A stretch of 58,397 bases of DNA from Macrostomum lignano (lineage: Eukaryota): NCBI GenBank assembly GCA_002269645.1, contig NIVC01004141.1, forward strand, positions 1 to 58,397, given 5' to 3'. A program made the position numbers and the translations under genes. Position 1 is the stretch's first letter. Every line of letters begins with the position of its first letter. The notes beneath the pieces are model-generated. The model made no database searches, had not been told where the DNA came from, and saw only the letters and a program-made list of their open reading frames with translations. This document shows, piece by piece, positions 48,933-58,397 of the stretch.

Positions 48933-51900
48933 GTAGACATTTCTTGTGTTAGCTCCGACATCCCGGTCCTCTCAGTGTCTGTCTTCTATCTCGGGCTCAG
49001 TGTTTTATAATACTGGCTGGCAATCTATTCTCTCTCTCTCCCTTCTGCGCTGGCCTGCTGAACTCTGATTTACTCTCCTGATCCGATTGCCTCCCTTTTT
49101 ACCTCGCAAAGCGTGTCTCGAGGTGAGCCGAGACCAGATACACGCGCCCCCTGCCTCTCCTTATCTAACAGCTGAGGGGAGCTGCGGGATTCGAGCCGTG
49201 AGGGGAAGCGTAGTGTTGCGCACTCCATGCTCACCTCACACCAACCTTTTTACCGAACTTCCTGCTGACTCTCCTCATCCCAGCCGCTACAGTGGCTAGA
49301 AATAGGGCTTCCTGTTTCCTTCTAGGAGCAGGCAATATAAAATTATGCTCTTAAATTTATTGACCACCATTTGCCCAGCGTTGGCAAAATTATTCTCTGT
49401 TGCTTTCGGGTAGCGCCGTTAGCCATTCTTGCAGTTTTCTGACAGATTCGCTGCTGGCTGATACCTGCGCTCGCTCAGAGATTGCTGTTCTCTAAATGCT
49501 CTTTAGTGAAGCCAGTGAGTCAGTGAGTCAGTGAGTCAGTGAGTCAGTGAGTCAGTGAGTCAGTCAGTCAGTCAGTCAGTGAGTCAGTCAGTCAGTCAGT
49601 GAGTCAGTGAGTCAGTGAGTCAGTCAGTCAGTCAGTGAGTCAGTCAGTCAGTCAGTCAGTGAGTGAGTCAGTCAGTCAGTCAGTCAGTCAGTCAGTCAGT
49701 CAGTCAGTCAGTCAGTCAGTCAGTCAGTCAGTCAGTGAGTCAGTCAGTCAGTCAGTCAGTGAGTCAGTCAGTCAGTCAGCCAGTCAGCCAGTCAGTGAGA
49801 CAGTCAGTGAGTCAGTGAGTCAGTCAGCCAGTCAGCCAGTCAGTGAGACAGTCAGTGAGTCAGTGAGTCAGTCAGTGAGTCAGTCAGTCAGTCAGTGAGA
49901 CAGTCAGTGAGTCAGTGAGTCAGTGAGTCAGTGAGTCATTGAGTCAGTGAGTCAGTCAGTCAGTGAGTCAGTCAGTGAATCAGTGAGTCAGTGAGTCAGT
50001 GAGTCAGTCAGTGAGTCAGTCAGTCAGTGAGTCATTCAGTGAGTCAGTCAGTCAGTCAGTGAGTCAGTCAGTCAGTCAGTGAGACAGTCAGTGAGTCAGT
50101 GAGTCAGTGAGTCATTGAGTCAGTGAGTCAGTCAGTCAGTGAGTCAGTCAGTGAATCAGTGAGTCAGTGAGTCAGTGAGTCAGTCAGTGAGTCAGTCAGT
50201 CAGTGAGTCATTCAGTGAGTCAGTCAGTCAGTCAGTCAGTCAGTCAGTCAGTCAGTGAGACAGTCAGTGAATCAGTGAGTCAGTGAGTCAGTCAGTGAGT
50301 CAGTCAGTCAGTGAGTCAGTGAGTCAGTGAGTCAGTGAGTCAGTCAGTCAGTGAGTCAGTGAGTCAGTCAGTCAGTGAGTCAGTCAGTCAGTGAGTCAGT
50401 CAGTGAGTCAGTCAGTCAGTCAGTCAGTCAGTCAGTCAGTGAGTCAGTCAGTCAGTCAGTCAGTCAGTCAGTCAGTCAGTCAGTCAGTGAGTCAGTCAGT
50501 CGGTCAGTCAGTCAGTCAGTCAGTCAGTCAGTCAGTCAGTCAGTCAGTCAGTCAGTCAGTCAGTCAGTCAGTCAGTCAGTCAGTCAGTCAGTCAGTCAGT
50601 CAGTCAGTCAGTCAGTCAGTCAGTCAGTCAGTCAGTCAGTAAGACAGTCAGTCATTCAGTCAGTCAGTCAGTCAGTCAGTCAGTGAGTCAGTGGCCTACC
50701 TGTCCAAACTGAGCAGCCGTGGGCACAGGATTAGCCTGACCAGCCGTGGTTAATCCGGGATTAACGAGACCCAGCGGCCCGACCATCTGCTGCAGCTTGC
50801 GCAGCTGCCTCTCCTTCTCGTTGTCGGCGAATTTCACCACGATGGAGCTGCTGGCGCCCTGAGGAGGAAAAGTGCAACTTTAATTAAATAGTATTAACAT
50901 AAAAAATCGAAGCGTGAATGGCTACTTGTAGTAGGGTGCTAGTTTTTTATTTGCTAGGCCCAAATTGGAAACAAAAGAATACCGGAAAAACCAAATATTG
51001 CGGCAACTTCGCTCTTATAACTGACCTATAATGGATTTAGCAGATCAAACGATACCTATTAAACCATTATCAGATCAAAAGATACCCATTAGCAGATTAA
51101 AAGATGCCCATTCAGTATATCAAAAGATACCCCGTCAACAGATCAAAAGATACCCATTAGTAGATCAAAAGATACCCATTAGCTGATCAAAAGATACCCA
51201 TTAGTATATCAAAAGATACCCATTAGCTGATCAAAAGATACCCATTAGCTGATCAAAAGATACCCGTCAGCAGATCAAAAGATACCCCGTCAACAGATCA
51301 AAAGATACCCATTAGTAAATCAAAAGATACCCATTAGTAGATCAAAAGATACCCATTAGTAGATCAAAAGATACCCATTAGTATATCAAAAGATACCCAT
51401 TAGCTGATCAAAAGATACCCATTAGCTGATCAAAAGATACCCGTCAGCAGATCAAAAGATACCCCGTCAGCAGATCAAAATATACCCATTAGCTGATCAA
51501 AAGATACCTGTCAGCAGATCAAAAGATACCCATTAGCAGATCAAAAGATACCCATTAGCTGATCAAAAGATACCCGTCAGCAGATCAAAAGATACCCATT
51601 AGCTGATCAAAAGATACCCGTCAGCAGATCAAAAGATACCCATTAGCTGATCAAAAGATACCCATTAGCTGATCAAAAGATATCCGTCAGCAGCTCAAAA
51701 GATTAGTAGATCAAACGATGCCCCACTCTGAGATGCGAGTCACAACCGGGACAGGTCACTCACAGCCATAGTCTGACTGCCGTGCAAATTGTTGATGGCA
51801 CTCTGCGCCTCCAGGTGATTGGTGTACTTGATAAAAGCGCAGCCCTTGCTGACGCCGTGCTGGTCGCGAAGGATGGCGCATTCCTCGATGCGGCCGAAGG

Positions 51901-51972
51901 GTTCAAACAGTCGTCTGACATCGTCCTCGGACTGCTGCTTGGAGAGCATGCCGACGAACAGCTTGCGGTCGT
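46401..51972 (-). CDS. CELF4: CELF3-6/bruno-3/UNC-75-type RNA-binding protein, 5'-partial (RRM2, divergent linker, RRM3)
   Basis: complement(join(46401..46777,47857..47919,48047..48305,50700..50858,51764..51972)), phases consistent. [32 protein letters not shown]|[25 protein letters not shown]; [59 protein letters not shown]1 exons not found in window. The symbol denotes the subfamily, not strict orthology. Confidence 0.93.
46815..47820. repeat. 24-bp minisatellite (GGGAATCGCTTCAGGAGTGAGGCT) filling the last CELF intron
   Basis: About 40 units, leaving about 36 nt unique at each intron end. Confidence 0.97.
48338..48755. repeat. About 61-bp minisatellite (TTTCGATACATATCGGCGCTGATAT..) in CELF intron
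   Basis: Direct reading; TTTCGATACATATCGGC also occurs near 31235. Confidence 0.92.
49512..50692. repeat. (CAGT)n/(GAGTCAGT)n microsatellite in CELF intron
   Basis: About 1.18 kb, direct reading. Confidence 0.98.
51040..51720. repeat. 22-bp minisatellite (GATCAAAAGATACCCATTAGCA) in CELF intron
   Basis: Direct reading. Confidence 0.96.
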
Positions 51973-52064
51973 CTGCGTCATGATCGGGGGGTCAGGGAGA
52001 GAGTAAAGAGGATGTTAGTTTAGACTTTTGTAGTGTGCTTTGCTGAGGTGCAGGTGTTTTAGGA

Positions 52065-52762
52065 TGGAGGGGAGGGAGGGTGGTGTGTCGGGGAGGGAGG
52101 GTAGTGTGTCGGGGAGGGAGGGTAGTGTGTCGGGGAGGGAAGGTAGTGTGTCGGGGAGGGAGGGTAGTGTGGCGGGGAGGGAGGGTAGTGTGGCGGCGAG
52201 AGAGGGTAGTGTGGCGGGGAGAGAGGGTAGTGTGTTGGGGAGGGAGGGTAGTGTGTCAGGGAGGGAGGGTAGTGTGTCGGGGAGGGAGGGTAGTGTGGTG
52301 GGAGAGAGGGTAGTGTGTCAGGGAGAGAAGGTAGGGTGTCAGGGAGAGAGGGTAGTGTGGCGGGGAGAGAGGGTAGTGTGTCGGGGAGAGAGGGTAGTGT
52401 GGCGGCGAGAGAGGGTAGTGTGTCGGGAGGGAGGGTAGTGTGGTGGGGAGAGAGGGTAGTGTGTCAGGGAGAGAAGGTAGGGTGTCAGGGAGAGAGGGTA
52501 GTGTGTCGGGGAGAGAGGGTAGTGTGGCGGGAGAGAGGGTAGTGTGGCGGGGAGAGAGGGTAGTGTGGCGGCGAGAGAGAGTAGTGTGGCGGGGAGAGAG
52601 GTAGTGTGGCGGGGAGAGAGGGTAGTGTGGCGGGGAGAGAGGGTAGTGTGGCGGGGAGAGAGGGTAGTGTGGCGGGGAGAGAGGGTAGTGTGGCGGGGAG
52701 AGAGGGTAGTGTGGCGGGAGAGAGGGTAGTGTGGCGGGGAGAGAGGGTAGTGTGACGGGGAG
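52065..52762. repeat. 21-bp G-rich minisatellite (GGGAGAGAGGGTAGTGTGGCG)
   Basis: Direct reading. Confidence 0.95.
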
Positions 52763-54146
52763 TGGAGGCTAAAATAGCAAAATATAATTTATCGCATTAC
52801 GCACGCAATACAACAAATATTTGATGTCCGCCTCTTACCAAAAGGATAAAAATTATTCAATATATCCTTAACCCAGCCAAAGAGACTCATTTCCAGTCTG
52901 AGAGGGAGCCACGCCTAAAATCATCGCAGACTTTGCATTTGTACCGATCTGTACGCGTCTCTTGATTTCGAATACTCGAGCAATAGAAGGCCAAAGTGGC
53001 CGTCAAATTCTAAGACGATTCGGAGAGATTCGATTCGATTCGAAGAGATTAATTAAATCTAAATCGATAACAAAGACGCAATGAAAGCTTCATGGAGAAC
53101 GTTACGAATTGTGATATTTTAGAGTTGAATTGAGAAAATTTCCGGACCTAAGAAAAGTTATCTAATTCTGTTAATCGGGATCCTTACTACTAAAATATAA
53201 TGCCACAGGCGCAGGCGTGTGTTAGTGTTATCCTACTAAACTAAGATGCTGTGGGTAAACGGCGGAGTAACTATCACTATTTTAGTATGCGTAAATACCT
53301 CGCCACCTAATTAGTAGAAACTGCAACACTATAACGAATTTTTGCTTAAGGACACCAAGAAGTTCACGAGCATCAATGAGATATGATTGATAGGATTTAC
53401 CTTCGTGTCCAGGTAGAGTTGCCAAGTGGCGCTGGATCTGTTTAACCTTATCCGTACTATCATGGTTGCTAATACTATTTAGGTGAATCTGCCGAAGTTT
53501 GTCACTGCCAGATTTGGCATCTGCAGGCGGCTCTTCGTGGTGATAGTCGATAATCATGGCTGTCCAGAGGTTATTAGAATACGAATGAAACACAACACTG
53601 AACGGCTGAGGTGTGTCAAAGGTATTGTCTAGTTTTGGTTCTTCTGTAGTGTCTGAATGTTCTGAATGTGGAGCTCCTCTTGTGTGTTCTTTCCAGGGCC
53701 CTGGGCTTGGGGGCCCTTTTTAACACTATTTGTTGGGGCTAAATGTTCATTGGGGGAAAATGGGAGAGGGGAGAAGTGGGGCTGGTGGTGTATACGAAGT
53801 CCCATGTGTGTGAGTGTACATGGGATCCGATGAAGAAGGACACAAAGGCTCGAAGAGTGGGGGCACGGTCAGGCAGTAATGAGAAAGGCCTGAGCGGGTC
53901 TGCCAGGGCCAAGGGTTCCTATTGGCTGGGCTGCTTAAGGCTCTATCGCTCCCTCACTCTGGGAAAAAAGGAAGAGGGGAGACCAAATGTTCCTCTTAGA
54001 CTTGCCTATATGGGCTTTGCAGATTGAGAAAGCTGTATGCAATAAAGACAGAGTTCTAATTTCTCGAATTTTGCGAATATATTATTTGTTGACTTTTTAT
54101 TAAGCTTTGGTTAAGGAGGGCCTGTTGAATTCTGGGACGCGGGTTG

Positions 54147-56203
54147 TTCGATAGTGGCACTTTTCTGTGATCAGTGATTTGATAGTGGCACTTTTCTGTG
54201 ATCAGTCATTCGAAAGTGGCTCTTTTCTGTGATCAGTGATTTGATAGTGGCACTTTTCTGTGATCAGTGATTTGATAGTGGCACTTTTCTGTGATCAGTC
54301 ATTCGAAAGTGGCTCTTTTCTGTGATCAGTGATTTGATAGTGGCACTTTTCTGTGATCAGTCATTCAAAAGTGGCACTTTTCTGTGATCAGTAATTTGAT
54401 AGTGGCACTTTTCTGTGATCAGTCATTCGAAAGTGGCACTTTTCTGTGATCAGTAATTTGTAGTGGCACTTTTCTGTAATCAGTGATTTTTAGTGGCACT
54501 TTTCTGTGATCAGTAATTTGATAGTGGCACTTTTCTGTGATCAGTGATTTGATAGTGGCACTTTTCTGTAATCAGTGATTTGATAGTGCACTTTTCTGTG
54601 ATCAGTCATTCGATAGTGGCACTTTTCTGTGATCAGTAATTTGATAGTGGCACTTTTCTGTGATCAGTCATTCGATAGTGGCACTTTTCTGTGATCAGTG
54701 ATTTGATAGTGGCACTTTTCTGTAATCAGTCATTTGATAGTGGCACTTTTCTGTGATCAGTGATTTGAAAGTGGCACTTTTCTGTGATCAGTCATTCGAT
54801 AGTGGCACTTTTCTGTGATCAGTAATTTGATAGTGGCACTTTTCTGTGATCAGTAATTTGATAGTGGCACTTTTCTGTGATCAGTAATTTGATAGTGGCT
54901 TTTCTGTGATCAGTGATTTGATAGTGGCACTTTTCTGTGATCAGTGATTTGATAGTGGCACTTTTCTGTGATCAGTGATTTGATAGTGGCACTTTTCTGT
55001 GATCAGTAATTTATAGTGCACTTTTCTGTGATCAGTAATTTGATAGTGGCACTTTTCTGTGATCAGTGATTTGATAGTGGCACTTTTCTGTGATCAGTGA
55101 TTTGATAGTGGCACTTTTCTGTGATCAGTGATTTGATAGTGGCACTTTCTGTGATCAGTCATTCAAAAGTGGCACTTTTCTGTGATCAGTAGTTTGATAG
55201 TGGCACTTTTTGTGATCAGTGATTTGATAGTGGCACTTTTCTGTGATCAGTAATTTGATAGTGGCACTTTTCTGTGACCAGTGATTTGATAGTGGCACTT
55301 TTCTGTGATCAGTAATTTGATAGTGGCACTTTTCTGTGATCAGTAATTTGATAGTGGCACTTTTCTGTGATCAGTGATTTGATAGTGGCACTTTTCTGTG
55401 ATCAGTAATTTGATCGTGACACTTTTCTGTGATCAGTGATTTGATAGTGGCACTTTTCTGTGATCAGTCATTCGATAGTGGCACTTTTCTGTGATCAGTA
55501 ATTTGGTAGTGGCACTTTTCTGTAATCAGTGATTTTATAGTGGCACTTTTCTGTGATCAGTAATTTGATAGTGGCACTTTTCTGTGATCAGTGATTTGAT
55601 AGTGGCACTTTTCTGTAATCAGTGATTTGATAGTGGCACTTTTCTGTGATCAGTCATTCGATAGTGGCACTTTTCTGTGATCAGTAATTTGATAGTGGCA
55701 CTTTTCTGTGATCAGTAATTTGATAGTGGCACTTTTCTGTGATCAGTGATTTGATAGTGGCACTTTTCTGTAATCAGTCATTTGATAGTGGCACTTTTCT
55801 GTGATCAGTGATTTGAAAGTGGCACTTTTCTGTGATCAGTCATTCGATAGTGGCACTTTTCTGTGATCAGTAATTTGATAGTGGCACTTTTCTGTGATCA
55901 GTAATTTGATAGTGGCACTTTTCTGTGATCAGTAATTTGATAGTGGCACTTTTCTGTGATCAGTGATTTGATAGTGGCACTTTTCTGTGATCAGTGATTT
56001 GATAGTGGCACTTTTCTGTGATCAGTGATTTGATAGTGGCACTTTTCTGTGATCAGTAATTTGATAGTGGCATTTTCTGTGATCAGTAATTTGATAGTGG
56101 CACTTTTCTGTGATCAGTGATTTGATAGTGGCACTTTTCTGTGATCAGTAATTTGATAGTGGCACTTTTCTGTGATCAGTCATTCGATAGTGGCACTATC
56201 GAA
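54147..56203. repeat. 31-bp minisatellite (GATAGTGGCACTTTTCTGTGATCAGTAATTT), about 66 units
   Basis: Direct reading; ends in palindrome TTCGATAGTG-G-CACTATCGAA. Confidence 0.98.
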
Positions 56204-56379
56204 TTAGGTTTTTTTGAGTCATTTGTAGCCTTCAGAAACGATATAAAATTCTAAAAGCAATCTAAAGTTTTATTGGAGCATTTTTTGTCTTCGTCCCCAA
56301 AAGCCAACAGAAAGTACAAGAGACAGAAATCCACCAAGATCGCCTTAAGAAGGCAGTTTTTACCAAAGGGGATATTGGA

Positions 56380-56381
<2 letters not shown>

Positions 56382-56428
<47 letters not shown>

Positions 56429-56430
56429 TG
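56382..56430. repeat. (CT)n microsatellite
   Basis: Direct reading. Confidence 0.95.
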
Positions 56431-56564
56431 TAAAATCACATTGCAACTTTGCCCAGATCTTCACCTCTGCACCGGATGTCTTGTGCTGAGTTAATCTGTG
56501 AGCTCCAGGTGACCCCAGTTGCTGCAAACTGATTGAACTCACCGCTATGTATTTCTCATTCCTA

Positions 56565-56850
56565 ATCTCACTCCCAATCTCACTCCCATTTTCACTCCCT
56601 TCTCACTCCCATTCTCATTCTCAATTTCACTCCCAATTCACTCCCATTCTCACTCCCAATCTCACTCCCAATCTCACTCCCATTCTCACTCCCATTCTCA
56701 TTCTCAATTTCACTCCCAATCTCACTCCAATTCACTCCCAATCTCACTCCCATTTCACTCCCATTCTCACTCCCAATTTAACTCCCATTCTCACTCCCAT
56801 TATCACTCCCATTCTCACTCCCGTCACTCCCATTCTCACTCCATTCTCTT
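56565..56850. repeat. 12-bp minisatellite (CTCACTCCCATT)
   Basis: Direct reading. Confidence 0.9.
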
Positions 56851-57159
56851 AATTTCACTCTCACCTATAATCCATTCACTCTCGTTCTCCACTTAATTCT
56901 CTCTGTTTTTAAGCGGCCCCGCCAGCCGAAGCAATAAACGAATGACTCCCAATCTCACTGCTGGCAAGAGGGTGTGTACCCAGCAATTACACTGCGGACT
57001 ATTTGCACTGCAATTCCATCTCAATATTGGACTGACCCAATTGTCGGCCATTGACTGGTAGAAAATATTTGTGTCATCAGCTTTTCTCAATTTATTGTTT
57101 TTTACCACCTTATTTTCTGTGATCTCAGTGCCGTATTCTTTATTTCAGTCTCATTTCCC

Positions 57160-57315
57160 CATCTCAATCCCATCTCAACCAGGTCTCAACTCCCATCTCA
57201 ACCGAGTCTCAACCCCATCTCAACCCAGTCTCAACCACCCAGTCTCAACCCAATCTTAACCCCATCTCAACCCAGTCTCAACCCAGTCTCAACCCAGTCT
57301 CAACCCCATCTCAAA
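57160..57315. repeat. 11-bp minisatellite (TCTCAACCCAG)
   Basis: Direct reading. Confidence 0.88.
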
Positions 57316-57959
57316 ATCTTATTTCAATCAAATCCCATCTATTTCTCAGTCCCATCTCAAATTCAATCCTTTTGGTGGTATTTTTTCGAGCTGTCCATCT
57401 TTCCAACTCATGTTATATCCATTGTAAGAGTTGAGTCTTGGTTTATGAATATAAACTGTACTCAATAATCCGCGTAATACACTACTGTCATCAGAGAGTT
57501 TGGATATCCAGCCTCACCGCTAACAAGTCTGCGTTTCGTATAACTGCACTATGAATCTGCTTACAGCCCCATTACAAAAGGGGAAGAATTTCCCCATTAG
57601 GAAACATCTGCACACGAGCAGCATTATAGGCATGCGCGACCATGTGAGATCTATTAAAATTCCAACAATGATGGGAGAATTGACCAGATGCGCGCATATG
57701 ATGCAGGATCCAGATGGAAAGGAGCTGGGGCTGGTCGGGATTGGCACCCATTGACAATGGGTTCCAATTTGGGCACTTGAGAATTGAAGCTGAAAAGACA
57801 GATGGAGAGGGAATTGAAACAGGATCTTATCAAGGGATATTTGCTCCCGGTTCACCTGCAAATCGGTTTTTTTCACCGATTGTTATTCGCGGAGGCTGGC
57901 TTGTATGGACAGATGTGGAGCTGCGGAAGTATTGAGGAGATGGCCAGGGTGAGCTTAAG

Positions 57960-58397
57960 ATGGAGAGTGAAAGTGAGAGAGAGAGTGGCGGAGAGAATCA
58001 GAGAGAGAGTGAAGTGACAGAGAGTGAGGGTGAGGGAGAGAGTGAGGGTGAGGGAGAGAGTGAGGGTGAGGGAGAGAGTGAGGGTGAGGGAGAGAATGAG
58101 GGTGAGGGAGAGAGTGACGGTGAGGGAGAGAGTGAGGGTGAGGGAGAGAATGAGGGTGAGGGAGAGAGTGACGGTGAGGGAGAGAATGAGGTGAGGAGAG
58201 AGTGAGGGTGAGGAGAGTGAGGGTGAGGGAGAGGGAGAGAGTGAGGGTGAGGGAGAGAATGAGGGTGAGGGAGAGAGTGAGGGTGAGGGAGAGAGTGAGG
58301 GTGAGGGAGAGAGTGAGGGTGAGAGAGTGACGGTGAGGGAGAGAGTGAGGTGAGGGAGAGAGTGAGGGTGAGGGAGAGAGTGACGGTGAGGAGAGAG
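57960..58397. repeat. 18-bp purine-rich minisatellite (GAGTGAGGGTGAGGGAGA), runs off the window
   Basis: Direct reading. Confidence 0.95.

Noticed and set aside
8872-56203. CRISPR-like regularly spaced repeats
   Set aside because: All arrays are head-to-tail with no unique spacers, there are no cas genes, and the context is eukaryotic introns.

Overview
Eukaryotic (animal) genomic DNA with GC3-rich exons, canonical GT-AG introns and heavy minisatellite content. A 35-nt exact match to the spliced leader I recall for Macrostomum lignano (15528-15562) points to this flatworm or a close relative. Hand-spliced, phase-consistent gene models were built for five genes: GPR180/TMEM145-like (+, 5 exons), Tob (+, 2 exons), lin-28 (-, 4 exons), a GAS2-family CH+GAR protein (-, 3 exons) and the 3' five exons of a CELF3-6/bruno-3-type gene (-), whose RRM1 exons were not found and probably lie beyond the right edge. 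Roughly a third of the window is tandem repeat, usually one private unit per intron. Top observations: (1) a genomic copy of the spliced leader followed by GT, plus a splice acceptor 0-37 nt before the ATG of all four genes whose start is visible; (2) a 2-kb foldback-type transposon with an 8-bp target-site duplication whose arms are built from minisatellite, with a related terminus seeding another array; (3) several unrelated-length minisatellites sharing a GRGAATC core. Most long ORFs in the supplied track are repeat translations or antisense shadows of GC-rich exons. All homology calls are by eye and from memory; no searches were run.
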